Shown: piece by piece, positions 38,550 through 48,908 of the stretch
How positions within the stretch are numbered: the stretch's first letter is position 1
Layout of the letters: the number at the start of each line of letters is the position of its first letter
NCBI GenBank assembly: GCA_964447905.1
Contig: CAYUUK010000004.1
Location: forward strand, 14,695-78,694
From: an uncultured Pseudomonadales bacterium
GTDB taxonomy: Bacteria > Patescibacteriota > Microgenomatia > UBA1400 > UBA1396
DNA: 64,000 nt
Direction of reading: 5' to 3'
Notes under the pieces: model-generated
The model's database searches: none
The model's input: the letters and a program-made list of their open reading frames with translations, nothing else
What the model was told of the DNA's origin: nothing
Made by a program: the position numbers and the translations under genes

Positions 38550-39920
38550 TCAACGCCAGCTAGAGAGTGCAAAATAGAGCCAGTCGAAGCTTTCGCGATT
38601 GACGGCAATGCCGGTCCAGTGTGGGAAGAATGCTACATACGTTACGGCAATACTTGCGATCACACCAAGCACAGCTGCTTTTCCATATGGAGTCTTTTCC
38701 AGTATGAATGTGAGTTGATGGGCAAGCAGTAGCGCCAAAAAGGGAATCGATGGCAGATAGTGGTAAAAGAACATAATGCGAGGAGAAAGTACCCACGGCA
38801 GCCAAAATACGCCATAAGCCGCCAGAACAAACAGCAATCGATAGGTCTCAGTAGAGGCTTTCCAGTGTTTGAGTAAGCGTGATTGCCATTTTTTCTGTTG
38901 AGTTAGGGCAGATTGCCACACATACTGCGCTGTTTTAAGACCAAAAAGAGCAATATCGAGGGCTGTCCAAGCTACCGCTAAGAGACCGATCCAGGCTAAA
39001 AGTGGATTTTCTTGGAGATAAATATCTTCCATGACAGTAGCGGTGCTGGCGGAGTATGCATAGACCGGACGAAGGTTCATGATCCACTCCCATGGCGTAG
39101 ACTGGTATGGATGGGTAGCTTCTAGATTGGTTTGATACCACCAAATTTGCTGGTGCAGTTCCCAGAAGTGGTTGAGATCTTTTCCTTGGAAGAACATCTG
39201 TCCGTAGCTTAAAAGATACATGCTTGGTACGAGTACCGCGAGCGCTAGCCAAAACTGAGCAAACGGACGCAGTGTTGCGCGAGAATCATTGAGGTATGTG
39301 TGCAGCAGTCGAGCGCCATGGTCAAAGAGATAGAGGGCTAACAGAAAAACTCCGCTCCATTTGGATGCCACGGCTAATCCGGTACTGAGGCCAACAAGCA
39401 TGGCCTGTGGCAGGGTGAGTGATTTTCGCCAACGCCAGTACAGCCAGATGCTCAACACTACAAAAAACGTAACGTGCATATCATTCATCGCAATGCGAGA
39501 CATGCCGAGCGCCAGTCCGCTCAAAGAAAAGAGACCACTGGACAGCAGGCTGGTGACTAGTGAAAACCCAAGCTCTCGAGCGGCAAAATAGAGGAGCGCA
39601 ATCGTGGCGGTACCAAAGACTACCGAGCTGATTCGCCAGCCAAAGCTGTTTTCTCCGAATACTCGCATTCCAGCGGCTTGAGTGAGCTTGGCAAAAGGTG
39701 GATGAAGCCAATCAACAGCAGTATCTTGTTCTGGCGCGGGATTCCACCACTCGTAGGCCCGGGCATCATTGCGGGCGATTAACTTGGAGGTAACAGCGTG
39801 ATAGACCTCATCGAAGTAGTACGTTGTGGGAGTGGTAATTCGCCAGATGCGCGCTCCAAAAGAGCACGCTACAATAATGAGGAGAATAACCCATGGTTTT
39901 GCAAAAATTGATTTCAGCAC
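38550..39920 (-). CDS. GT-C family (PMT/GT39-like) membrane glycosyltransferase, paralog 4
   Basis: 'YYFDEVYHAVTSKLIARNDARAYEWWNP...WLHPPFAKL' matches the PMT-family loop-1 DE motif and HPP motif; polytopic. Confidence 0.65.
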   Translation of the reverse strand: MLKSIFAKPWVILLIIVACSFGARIWRITTPTTYYFDEVYHAVTSKLIARNDARAYEWWNPAPEQDTAVDWLHPPFAKLTQAAGMRVFGENSFGWRISSVVFGTATIALLYFAARELGFSLVTSLLSSGLFSLSGLALGMSRIAMNDMHVTFFVVLSIWLYWRWRKSLTLPQAMLVGLSTGLAVASKWSGVFLLALYLFDHGARLLHTYLNDSRATLRPFAQFWLALAVLVPSMYLLSYGQMFFQGKDLNHFWELHQQIWWYQTNLEATHPYQSTPWEWIMNLRPVYAYSASTATVMEDIYLQENPLLAWIGLLAVAWTALDIALFGLKTAQYVWQSALTQQKKWQSRLLKHWKASTETYRLLFVLAAYGVFWLPWVLSPRIMFFYHYLPSIPFLALLLAHQLTFILEKTPYGKAAVLGVIASIAVTYVAFFPHWTGIAVNRESFDWLYFALSSWR

Positions 39921-41611
39921 TTCACCATTATACGCCGAAAAATTCGGCGTTGTCGCGGTGGCGTTCTTTTTTTAAACGTCCGATTTTTTCTGGAATTTTG
40001 CTGGTTCTCATGAGCTGGGGTGGCTTCTTTTTGTATTTTTGGCCGCAGATGTTTCACTGGACAGCCAAGGGGTTAGAGGCTGGCTGGTTGTTTATCTGGG
40101 CAGACTGGTCTGCGCATCTCACGTACACGAATGTGTTTGTACATCGGCCACTTGAGCTTTGGCTGAGTGGGCACCCACTGTATGTGGGGCAGAAATTTTC
40201 GTATCCGTTTGCTACGAATTTGGTCTCAGCGCTTCTCATGCGTATGGGTTGGGATGTAGTTCCGGCTTTTATTGTGCCCAGTATTGTAATGACGCTGTGG
40301 TTATTAGTAGTTCTCCTTCTGTTTTATAAACAGATATCGCGCAGTGTGAGTCGCGCGTACGTTGGGGTTACTCTCTTTTTGGCTGGAGGTGGACTCGGTT
40401 TTTATACCTTCTTTCAGGATGTAGCCGAGTTTGGTTGGCAGAATATCTTGTATCCCGCTCGGCAAGCGACTCAGTTTGAAGCGGTTGGGTTGCGTTGGTA
40501 CAACGTCATAACTGGACAGCTGTTGCCGCAGCGAGCTTTCTTGTTTGGTTTACCCTGGTTTTTGAGCGTAGCGCTCTGGTTGGAAAACTGGCGTCAACGG
40601 CACTTTCATGGATGGAAGTGGTGGCGGGTAAGCCTGGCGGGTGTTTTTGCGGGCTTCCTTGCTTTTGTGCATATGCATTCCTATATTGTTCTAGTGATCG
40701 CTTGTGCCGTTCTGGCGCTGTGGTACTGGCGAGCGTGGAAGTTTTGGTTGTTTTTTGCAGCCGGGGCGTTTTTTCCGAGTCTCCTAGTCTATAGTCTGCT
40801 GTACGGTGGTGAGGTGGGAGTTTCTTTTTTCCGGTGGTATCCTGGCTGGTTAGCTAATTCCCAAGCCTTTGGCATGAATTGGGGCTGGTTCTGGATTCTT
40901 AACTGGGGAGTGTTTTTGCCCCTTGCTGCGATCGGCACCTTTTTGCGCAAACACGCTCTCAGCCCGTGGATAGTTGTGGGATGGGTGCTTTTTGCTCTGG
41001 CAAATATGGTGTTGTTTCAGCCGTACGACTGGGATAATTCGAAAATCTTAACGTATGCGTATCTTCTTCTTGTTCCGGCTGTGTTGCATGCTTTGCTCGC
41101 AGTTTGGAATCTTTGGCAGAACCAGTCATTGTTTTTCCGGCGCAATGGCCAGTTCTTTGCTCTTTTGTTATTTGTTTCACTGACACTTTCTGGGTGGATT
41201 GATATTTGGCGCGTGAGTTATGTGGAGAAGCATTCGTATCAAATGATTTCGCATGAAGATATTGGTTTGGCCTCTGCATTTCGACAGATCAGTGAGCCAA
41301 CCGATAGGTCTCTCACCTCAGATGCCCACAATTTGTGGCTCCCGATGATGACTGGTCGTCCGGTGGTCATGGGGTATCGTGGCTGGCTATGGTCATATGG
41401 AATTCGCTACGATGCCGTGCAGCGTGATGTTGCCACCATGTACTCCGGTGGAGAAGCAGCAGAACAACTCATTGATCAGTATGCGGTCAAGTTTGTGGTG
41501 ATTGATCTTGGTGCCGAGCGAGATTGGCGTCCAAACGAAGCGTACTATGCTGAGCGATACCCGCTTGTTCTTTCCGGTCAGTACTCACGAGTGTATCAAG
41601 TACGGGACTAG
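39893..41611 (+). CDS. Large polytopic membrane protein (unclassified; possibly glycan-assembly related)
   Basis: More than 10 predicted TM helices, many Trp/aromatic residues; adjacent to GT-C paralog 4. Confidence 0.35.
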   Translation: MVLQKLISALHHYTPKNSALSRWRSFFKRPIFSGILLVLMSWGGFFLYFWPQMFHWTAKGLEAGWLFIWADWSAHLTYTNVFVHRPLELWLSGHPLYVGQKFSYPFATNLVSALLMRMGWDVVPAFIVPSIVMTLWLLVVLLLFYKQISRSVSRAYVGVTLFLAGGGLGFYTFFQDVAEFGWQNILYPARQATQFEAVGLRWYNVITGQLLPQRAFLFGLPWFLSVALWLENWRQRHFHGWKWWRVSLAGVFAGFLAFVHMHSYIVLVIACAVLALWYWRAWKFWLFFAAGAFFPSLLVYSLLYGGEVGVSFFRWYPGWLANSQAFGMNWGWFWILNWGVFLPLAAIGTFLRKHALSPWIVVGWVLFALANMVLFQPYDWDNSKILTYAYLLLVPAVLHALLAVWNLWQNQSLFFRRNGQFFALLLFVSLTLSGWIDIWRVSYVEKHSYQMISHEDIGLASAFRQISEPTDRSLTSDAHNLWLPMMTGRPVVMGYRGWLWSYGIRYDAVQRDVATMYSGGEAAEQLIDQYAVKFVVIDLGAERDWRPNEAYYAERYPLVLSGQYSRVYQVRD

Positions 41612-41619
41612 ATTTCGTT

Positions 41620-42291
41620 TTAGAGAAGGGCGAATTTTTTCGCATCAAGACTCGTGCTGCCCACCAGCACTCCGTCTATGCTTTCTTCCTGTAAGTAGAC
41701 GAGTGAATTTTCTGGACTCACGCTGCCACCATACAAAACGGGCACTGCTCCAAAGGCATCATGGAGTTTTTGGATAGTTTGGAGGGTTGTCTCTATCGGG
41801 TCTTCTTGACCGCCAAAGGTGCTGATAGCATGGACAGGTTCATATGCCACAATTATTTGCTCGCGTTGTGCGGCAGTGAGTTGGGCGGCTTGTTCTGCAA
41901 ATTGATCACGATCGACACAGATGATTGGTGTAATACCGGCATCGAGTGAAGTAGTAACTTTTTTGGCCACATCTGCTGAGGTTTCATTTTGATACCGTCG
42001 GCGCTCCGAGTGCCCGAGGATGGCATACTGTACACCTAAGTCAAGCAAGTTCTGCGCCGATATTTCACCGGTGTAGGCGCCAGCTCCGTAGGCACTGATA
42101 TCTTGCACTCCGAGAGTGAACTGCTTTTCCTGATTTTGGAGTGCCAGGAGAGCTGGGTAGGGCGGACACACTACATAGGTATAGGTGTCTTTGGGTGTTT
42201 GTTTGGCAAAGGTTTCTGCCCAGTGTTTGGCTTCGGACACTGACTTGTTTGATTTCCAGTTGGCAACGATGAGTTTGCGGGAGAGTTTCAT
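41620..42291 (-). CDS. tpiA: Triosephosphate isomerase
   Basis: 'IVANWKSNK', 'AILGHSERR', 'ICV...' TIM signatures. Confidence 0.85.
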   Translation of the reverse strand: MKLSRKLIVANWKSNKSVSEAKHWAETFAKQTPKDTYTYVVCPPYPALLALQNQEKQFTLGVQDISAYGAGAYTGEISAQNLLDLGVQYAILGHSERRRYQNETSADVAKKVTTSLDAGITPIICVDRDQFAEQAAQLTAAQREQIIVAYEPVHAISTFGGQEDPIETTLQTIQKLHDAFGAVPVLYGGSVSPENSLVYLQEESIDGVLVGSTSLDAKKFALL

Positions 42292-42426
42292 ATATATGCA
42301 TCATACAACATCATCTGCTCAGCGGGAAAATGTGTTGGTATGGTATACTGTACGTTCTGTTCGGTTTGAAGTTTGCCAGGTGGCAAATGATGCGATTCTC
42401 TCCGTTAGTACAAACAAAAAGGAATT

Positions 42427-43602
42427 ATGTCTTATTCTCGCGGGGGGAGACGTCGCTTTGGTCGCCGTTCGAGCTCCAAAAAAAATACTACTGGCCGTGA
42501 AGGTCGTTTACAGCGCTATACCAACTCGGCGCAGGCCGTCGTGGCCGAATTACCAGAAGTGAACATTGAGCATCAGTTTACTGATTTTGCGCTTGATGAT
42601 CGTCTCCAGAAAAACATTGCTCAGCGTGGCTACGAAGAGCCTACTCCTATTCAGGACCAGGCTATTCCAGAGTTACTGGCTGGGAGAGATGTCGTGGGTA
42701 TTGCCAACACCGGAACCGGTAAAACAGCCGCGTTTCTTTTGCCGTTTATCGACAAAGTGTTACAAGATCCCGATCAAGGTGTGCTCATTTTAGCGCCAAC
42801 TCGTGAGTTAGCGCTGCAGATTCGTGATGAGTTTATTGAGTTTGCTAAAGATTTACCACTGGGAGTTTCTGTCTGTATCGGTGGAACCAATATGGAGCGC
42901 CAAATCAAACAGCTGGCACAGAACCCACATTTTGTGATTGCCACGCCTGGTCGTTTGATCGACTTGCTCAAACGTCGTCACTTTGACCCAGAGATGTTTA
43001 CCAATATTGTGCTCGACGAAGTCGATCGCATGCTCGACATCGGTTTCCGTCAAGATATTTTGTTCTTGATCTCCAAGTTGCCACGCAAACGCCACGCGGC
43101 TTTCTTTAGTGCCACGAGCGATTCTGCTACTGATGAAATCATGCGCAAACTGATGGACAAACCAGTGAAGATTAGTGTCAAACAAGCGGAGACAAGTCAT
43201 CATGTGGAGCAGAAGGCTCTGCCGGTCAAAATTGGCCAGGACAAAGTCGAGATGCTGCACGATATTCTTATTCAAGGTGACGTTGATAAAGCGATCATTT
43301 TTGGTCGTACCAAACACGGCATTAACAAGCTGGAAAAGAAGCTGAAAGAGCGTGGATTTAAAGTAATCGCTATTCACGGAAACAAAAGCCAAGGAGCTCG
43401 CCAACGGGCCCTGCGTACGTTTAAAGATGGACACGTCCAAGCTTTACTCGCTACTGATGTGGCTGCTCGTGGTATTGATATTGATGACGTTTCTCACGTT
43501 ATTAACTATGACGAACCACAGTCCTACGCTGACTACGTGCACCGTATTGGCCGTACTGGTCGCGCGGGCAAAGTCGGAACCGCAATTACGTTTGTAGAAT
43601 AA
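42427..43602 (+). CDS. DEAD-box ATP-dependent RNA helicase
   Basis: Q motif 'PTPIQ', 'ANTGTGKTAAF', 'PTRELA', 'DEVDRM', 'SAT', 'HRIGRTGRAG'; basic RG-rich N-terminal tail. Confidence 0.92.
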   Translation: MSYSRGGRRRFGRRSSSKKNTTGREGRLQRYTNSAQAVVAELPEVNIEHQFTDFALDDRLQKNIAQRGYEEPTPIQDQAIPELLAGRDVVGIANTGTGKTAAFLLPFIDKVLQDPDQGVLILAPTRELALQIRDEFIEFAKDLPLGVSVCIGGTNMERQIKQLAQNPHFVIATPGRLIDLLKRRHFDPEMFTNIVLDEVDRMLDIGFRQDILFLISKLPRKRHAAFFSATSDSATDEIMRKLMDKPVKISVKQAETSHHVEQKALPVKIGQDKVEMLHDILIQGDVDKAIIFGRTKHGINKLEKKLKERGFKVIAIHGNKSQGARQRALRTFKDGHVQALLATDVAARGIDIDDVSHVINYDEPQSYADYVHRIGRTGRAGKVGTAITFVE

Positions 43603-43625
43603 GGAAAAATCTACAGCCAGCAGAA

Positions 43626-45596
43626 TTGCTGTCTTTCGTTTGTGCGTTTTTTTTGCTAGGGTGTGAATCTATGTCCCAATCAGAGCCAGCGTACTTGAGT
43701 GTACTTAACGAGGAACAACGCCAAGCAGTCTTGCATGGCGATGGTCCAGCCATGGTGCTTGCTGGCGCGGGCTCTGGGAAAACACGCGTCTTGACCACGC
43801 GAGTAGCCTACTTGATTGACCAAAAGGGTATTCAACCAGACGAGATTGTTTTACTGACGTTTACCAACAAAGCCGCCAAAGAAATGGAAGAGCGCGTGCG
43901 CGTGCTCACTGGATACAGTCTGCCATATGCTGGCACGTTCCATCGTTTGTGTGCGCGGTTGTTACGGCGCCATGCCGAGCTGGTGGGACTCTCTCAAAGC
44001 TACGTGATCTATGACAGCGATGATCAACTTTCACTTATTAAGCTCATTGCCAAAGAACTCAACCTCGACTCCAAAAAGTACCATCCGCGTGCACTAGTGA
44101 AGAGTATTTCTGAGTCCAAACAACAGTTGATCACTCCAGAAGAGTATGAGCAGTTTGCGCGTGGGCCGTTCCAAACGACGGTGGCGCGAGTGTATCGCAT
44201 CTACGAAAAAAAATTGATCGAAGCTGGGGCTGTTGATTTTGACAACATGCTCAGTAAAGTAGTGGAACTATTCCGCAAAAACGAACACATCCGCAAACAG
44301 TATCAGCAGCAGTGGAAACACGTCTTGATTGATGAGTACCAGGATACCAACCATGCGCAGTATGTATTAACGAAGTTGATTGCCTTTCCGCAAAATAATC
44401 TCTATGTGGTTGGGGATGCGAGTCAGGCCATCTACGGGTGGCGTGGCGCCGACTACCGCAACTTGCTCAAACTGCGTCAAGATTTTGCCAATGTGGAAGA
44501 GTATCGCTTAGAGCGAAATTACAGGTCCACACCAAGTATTTTGGAAGCGGCTTCCAACGTTATTCGCAATAACACCATGCATCCGGTTTTGGAGTTGTGG
44601 ACCGATAGCGTTGATACGCATAAACTCCGCGTTTTGCAGGCGAATGACGGTACCGAAGAAGCCCATCTCGTTGCCAACATCATCGCGCGCGAACATCCCG
44701 ATGAACTGAGTGATGTGGCCATTTTATACCGCACCAACGCACAAAGTCGTGAGTTTGAAGAAGCACTTTTGCGCAAAGGAATTCCGTACAAATTGGTTGG
44801 CGGGGTGGCTTTTTACTCGCGTAAAGAAATCAAAGATATTCTGGCCTATTTGCAGTTGGTCTACCAACCGAATGACGTAATCAGTGAAAATCGGGTCATA
44901 AAGCTTGGTAAGCGCCGCTATGCCGATTTTACCGAGTGGCGAGACAGCGTGCGTAATCTCGAGACCGGTGAAGTCTCGGGCACCACCCAAGAACTGCTTG
45001 AAGGTATCTTAAAGTCCACCAAGTATATGGACAAACTCAACGAAAAAGATCCTACCGATCTTACCCGTATAGAAAATATTCAAGAGCTACACTCGGTAGC
45101 GGCCCAGTTTCCTGAACTCCCGCTCTTTTTAGAGCAGGTCGCGCTCGTTGGTGGCGAACGGGAAGAACGCTCAAGCATGGGAGAAGGCCCAGCGGTTACG
45201 CTTATGTCGTTACATGCGGCAAAAGGGCTCGAGTTCCCGTATGTCTTTTTGGTGGGTCTTGAGGAAGGTTTGTTCCCACACAGCCGTTCATTGCAAGATC
45301 GCGAGCAGATGGAAGAGGAGCGACGGCTCTGTTATGTCGGTATTACGCGGGCGAAGAGTCGTTTGGTGCTGTCGTACGCGCAGCGACGTTTACTGTACGG
45401 AAACTACTCACAACAGATGCCAGCTCGTTTCTTGCGCGAAATACCCATGCATGCGTTTGAAGACGGTGCCTCGCCGTTCGGTCCAAACTCTCGACTGCAT
45501 TCGGCAAGTTCCCACTCCGAAACCCCATTTGACGACCCCATGCTCGACGCCATTCTGGATGGCAGCATGGATATTGATGAGTGGCTGGGCCGGTAG
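43626..45596 (+). CDS. pcrA: ATP-dependent DNA helicase PcrA/UvrD
   Basis: 'LAGAGSGKTRVLT', 'VLIDEYQDTN', 'VVGDASQAIYGWRGA', 'LMSLHAAKGLEFP', 'RRLCYVGITRAK'. Confidence 0.9.
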   Translation: MLSFVCAFFLLGCESMSQSEPAYLSVLNEEQRQAVLHGDGPAMVLAGAGSGKTRVLTTRVAYLIDQKGIQPDEIVLLTFTNKAAKEMEERVRVLTGYSLPYAGTFHRLCARLLRRHAELVGLSQSYVIYDSDDQLSLIKLIAKELNLDSKKYHPRALVKSISESKQQLITPEEYEQFARGPFQTTVARVYRIYEKKLIEAGAVDFDNMLSKVVELFRKNEHIRKQYQQQWKHVLIDEYQDTNHAQYVLTKLIAFPQNNLYVVGDASQAIYGWRGADYRNLLKLRQDFANVEEYRLERNYRSTPSILEAASNVIRNNTMHPVLELWTDSVDTHKLRVLQANDGTEEAHLVANIIAREHPDELSDVAILYRTNAQSREFEEALLRKGIPYKLVGGVAFYSRKEIKDILAYLQLVYQPNDVISENRVIKLGKRRYADFTEWRDSVRNLETGEVSGTTQELLEGILKSTKYMDKLNEKDPTDLTRIENIQELHSVAAQFPELPLFLEQVALVGGEREERSSMGEGPAVTLMSLHAAKGLEFPYVFLVGLEEGLFPHSRSLQDREQMEEERRLCYVGITRAKSRLVLSYAQRRLLYGNYSQQMPARFLREIPMHAFEDGASPFGPNSRLHSASSHSETPFDDPMLDAILDGSMDIDEWLGR

Positions 45597-45652
45597 GAGG
45601 AGCAGAGTCTCCTTTCTCCTTCCCGAGAAGTTTGCTACCATACGTACAGCTT

Positions 45653-46687
45653 ATGATTATTCGTCCGATTACCCTCGAAGAGAAAGCACGCTTTAATGCT
45701 GTGGCTACGCACCCACTGCAGTCTTGGGAGTGGGGTGAGTTTCGCCAGGCGACTGGTCAGGCCTTAGCTCGTTTGGGTATTTTTGATGACGATGGCCAGC
45801 TTGCGCAAGCGCTCTCGGTCACTTTTCACAAAATTCCTGTGTTGGGTGGTACTGCCGGATATATGCCGAAAGGTCCAGAGCCGACGCCACAAGTACTGCA
45901 AGCATTAACCGAGGTTGGTCGGCAACACAATAGTGTTTTTATTAAGTTGGAACCCAATGTGCAAGCACCCGTGAGCAAAGAAAACCCCTTCGCCGAGATT
46001 GAGAAAACTTTAGAAGCCAACAACGCCACCAGTGGCCGACCGCTGTTTACTCGCTACACGTTCGTCAAAGATCTTACCCCCGATGAAGAAACCCTCATGG
46101 CTGGTTTTAAAAGCAAGACCCGCTATAACATCCGCCTCGCTACGCGCAAGGGTGTGGAGGTAGTCGAAGATACTTCGCCAGCGGGTCTCGAAGAGTATTT
46201 GCGTTTGCTTGAAGAAACGACCTCGAGACAAGGGTTTTACGCGCATGGACCAGAATATTTCCGCACTATGTGGAAGGTTCTCGGTGAGAGCGGCATGATG
46301 CGAATTTTGAAAGCAACCTACGAAGGAAAAACCCTCAGTGCCTGGATACTCTTCATTTTTAATGGTGTTGGGTACTACCCATACGGAGCCAGTTCCCGTG
46401 AGCACAGAGATGTGATGGCCAATAACCTCATGATGTGGGAAGCGCTCAAACTCGCAAAGCGCGAAGGGTGTACTTCCTTTGACATGTGGGGTTCTTTGGG
46501 ACCAAATCCCGATACAAACCATAAATGGTATGGTTTCCACAAGTTTAAAGAGGGGTACGACGTGCAGTTAGTGCAGTCGCTGCCCACTCACGATCTGGTG
46601 GTGAACTCACCTGTGTACACAGTATTCACGTTCGGTGACAGCTTGCGCTGGAAATGGCTTCGTCTGCGAGCCGCTCTCGGAAAATAG
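45653..46687 (+). CDS. FemAB/FemX-family peptidoglycan aminoacyl-tRNA transferase (the ORF opens at 45581, overlapping the pcrA stop)
   Basis: N-terminal 'LQSWEWGEF' and overall GNAT-duplication architecture typical of FemX; roughly 345 aa. Confidence 0.65.
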   Translation: MIIRPITLEEKARFNAVATHPLQSWEWGEFRQATGQALARLGIFDDDGQLAQALSVTFHKIPVLGGTAGYMPKGPEPTPQVLQALTEVGRQHNSVFIKLEPNVQAPVSKENPFAEIEKTLEANNATSGRPLFTRYTFVKDLTPDEETLMAGFKSKTRYNIRLATRKGVEVVEDTSPAGLEEYLRLLEETTSRQGFYAHGPEYFRTMWKVLGESGMMRILKATYEGKTLSAWILFIFNGVGYYPYGASSREHRDVMANNLMMWEALKLAKREGCTSFDMWGSLGPNPDTNHKWYGFHKFKEGYDVQLVQSLPTHDLVVNSPVYTVFTFGDSLRWKWLRLRAALGK

Positions 46688-46696
46688 AAGGAAGTT

Positions 46697-47800
46697 ATGA
46701 CCCAATCGGCACACCGCTTTATTTTTCCTTTTTTGCGCGGACTGTTCATTTCGCTTTTTTTTGGCACCGTCATTTTTGGTTTTGTCGCATTCTGGTTTGC
46801 AGGTGCATTGTTTGCTCGGGGCGCCGAGCTGAATGCACTGTTTTTTGAAACCGCAGGTCGATCCACTGTTTCTATTGCCGCTGAGGCATTAGGCGGAGTA
46901 TGGGTGGCGCAGCAGGAAGCGGTGCATGAACCATATAGAGTATTGGTCTTGGGAACAGATGAAGTAGCCGGCAGCGGTCGTTCCGCTGTTTTGACCGATA
47001 CACTCATGATTGCGAGCTATAACCCAGAAACAAATGCTGTTTCTCTCGTAAGTCTGCCTCGCGATCTGTATCACCCAGAGTATGCTACCAAGATTAATGC
47101 CTTGTATTTTTACGGTCAGGAGCGGTATCCGACTCGTCCAGAAACCTTTCCTGCTGAAGTTCTTACGGATATGACCGGTCTGGATTTTGAAAGTGTGTTG
47201 GTTATTTCCCTGGCTGATGTGCAGAATCTTATCGATCTCGTGGGTGGAGTGGAAATTGATGTACCAAAGACATTTACAGATGATCAATTCCCTCGTGATG
47301 GGGTGGATGTTTCGGTCGAGACAGATCCGGTCATTCTCTATGAAACGATAACCTTCGAAGAAGGGGTGCAGCGTATGGATGGTAAAAAAGCGCTCCAGTA
47401 CATTCGCACTCGCAAAAGCTCAGATCCCAACGAGGGCACCGATGAATCTCGCACTCGTCGGCAGCGGCAGGTCCTCACAGCGCTGGCAAATCAGCTTACT
47501 GATCCCAATTTTGTCGCGAACCCGGTCAATATGGGTCGGCTGTATCGTTTTTACGCTGAGCGGTATCAACAGGAGGCGTCCTTATACGAGCTCGGCGTGG
47601 TAGCCGGAGAAGTTATTCAAAATAGGCAGTTGCCGGAGTTTATCTCGGTAGAAATGCCGGTAACCGCAGCTGGGACTGCCACCGACAGTGCTACTCTTTT
47701 TGTCCACCCACCGGTCGAAAAATACGGTCAGTGGGTCTACGAGCCTGTTGACCCAACCTGGCAGCAGTTGCGCGAGTTTATGCAACAAAGGAATTTTTAG
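46697..47800 (+). CDS. LytR-CpsA-Psr (LCP) family cell-envelope phosphotransferase
   Basis: N-terminal TM; 'RVLVLGTDEVAGSGRSAVLTDTLMIASYNPETNAVSLVSLPRDLY' LCP core motif; 'RTRK...RQRQ' region. Confidence 0.8.
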   Translation: MTQSAHRFIFPFLRGLFISLFFGTVIFGFVAFWFAGALFARGAELNALFFETAGRSTVSIAAEALGGVWVAQQEAVHEPYRVLVLGTDEVAGSGRSAVLTDTLMIASYNPETNAVSLVSLPRDLYHPEYATKINALYFYGQERYPTRPETFPAEVLTDMTGLDFESVLVISLADVQNLIDLVGGVEIDVPKTFTDDQFPRDGVDVSVETDPVILYETITFEEGVQRMDGKKALQYIRTRKSSDPNEGTDESRTRRQRQVLTALANQLTDPNFVANPVNMGRLYRFYAERYQQEASLYELGVVAGEVIQNRQLPEFISVEMPVTAAGTATDSATLFVHPPVEKYGQWVYEPVDPTWQQLREFMQQRNF

Positions 47801-47825
47801 TAGCACTTCTAGTACTGTGAGCCAT

Positions 47826-48905
47826 TTACGTTGCAGAAGACAGTACGTTTTGAGAAAAATCGTCGAGTCGCCATTGTGGTCGGCGATCAAGTTTTTCAAG
47901 TTTGAGGTGGTAGTTGTGCTGAAAGTGGAGTTGTGCCGCGAGCGCAATCATCGCAGCGTTATCCTGACAGAGTGAAAAAGTGTATGGCCATGCCACTGCA
48001 GCACCGGTTGGGGCCAGTGTCTGGTGGAGTTTTTCTCTGAGTACCGTATTGGCTGCCACACCACCTCCCAACAGGACGTGAGAAACTGGATACTCAACTA
48101 GTACTTTTTTCACTTTGCCCAGTAAAGTTTCTAAGGCAGCATTTTGAAAACTTGCTGCGACATCTTTCATTTCTTGATCCTGTAAAGTTCTTTCGCCAGT
48201 ATTGGTAATTTCGCGAATGAGGCGGAGGGTGGCTGTTTTAATGCCAGAGTAGCTTACGTTGTAGTCACCAGACTGGCGCATGGCAATTGGCAGCGCATAG
48301 GCTGACGCGTCTCCCTCATCGGCGAGTCGAGCGAGTTTGCCGCCACCAGGAAAGCCGAGACCGAGCATGCGGGCGACTTTGTCGTACGCTTCGCCCAGCG
48401 CATCGTCGAGTGTCTCGCCAATGATTTCGTATTTTCCCCAACCATGAATCAGCACAATTTCTGTGTGTCCGCCAGAAGCGAGTATTCCTAGGGCCGGAAA
48501 AGTGAGTGTATCTGGATCTAAGCCCCCTTCTCCGTGCGCATCTGCTGCGAGAGCGGACCAGAGATGACCTTCCATATGATGCACTGGTTCCAGTGGTTTC
48601 TGCCATTCTTGCGCTAGCTGAACTGCTTTGGTCACGCCTATCTCGAGCGATGGTGCCAGCCCAGGGCCAATTGTGACCGCAATGGCATCAATGTCGTGAG
48701 GTTGTACACCTGCTGTTGCCAGCGCTTTTTCAAGTACGAGCGGGAAGTTCTTCTCGTGTTCTCTTTTTGCCAGTATTGGCACTACTCCACCAAACTCCTT
48801 ATGGGTAGCATCCTGGGAGGAGATGCAGTTTGCTAGGACCTTGCGGCCCTCAACGAGAGCGATGGATGTGTCGTCGCAAGAAGTATCAATGCCAAGTATT
48901 TTCAT
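47826..48905 (-). CDS. tsaD: tRNA N6-adenosine threonylcarbamoyltransferase TsaD
   Basis: 'ILGIDTSCDDTSIALV', 'HMEGHL' metal-binding His pair, 'SGGVAAN' Kae1/TsaD signatures. Confidence 0.9.
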   Translation of the reverse strand: MKILGIDTSCDDTSIALVEGRKVLANCISSQDATHKEFGGVVPILAKREHEKNFPLVLEKALATAGVQPHDIDAIAVTIGPGLAPSLEIGVTKAVQLAQEWQKPLEPVHHMEGHLWSALAADAHGEGGLDPDTLTFPALGILASGGHTEIVLIHGWGKYEIIGETLDDALGEAYDKVARMLGLGFPGGGKLARLADEGDASAYALPIAMRQSGDYNVSYSGIKTATLRLIREITNTGERTLQDQEMKDVAASFQNAALETLLGKVKKVLVEYPVSHVLLGGGVAANTVLREKLHQTLAPTGAAVAWPYTFSLCQDNAAMIALAAQLHFQHNYHLKLEKLDRRPQWRLDDFSQNVLSSAT

Positions 48906-48908
48906 AAT

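Noticed and set aside
45148-45696. 182-aa plus-strand ORF overlapping the 3' end of pcrA in another frame
   Set aside because: Alternative-frame shadow inside pcrA; Cys/Arg-rich, no motif.
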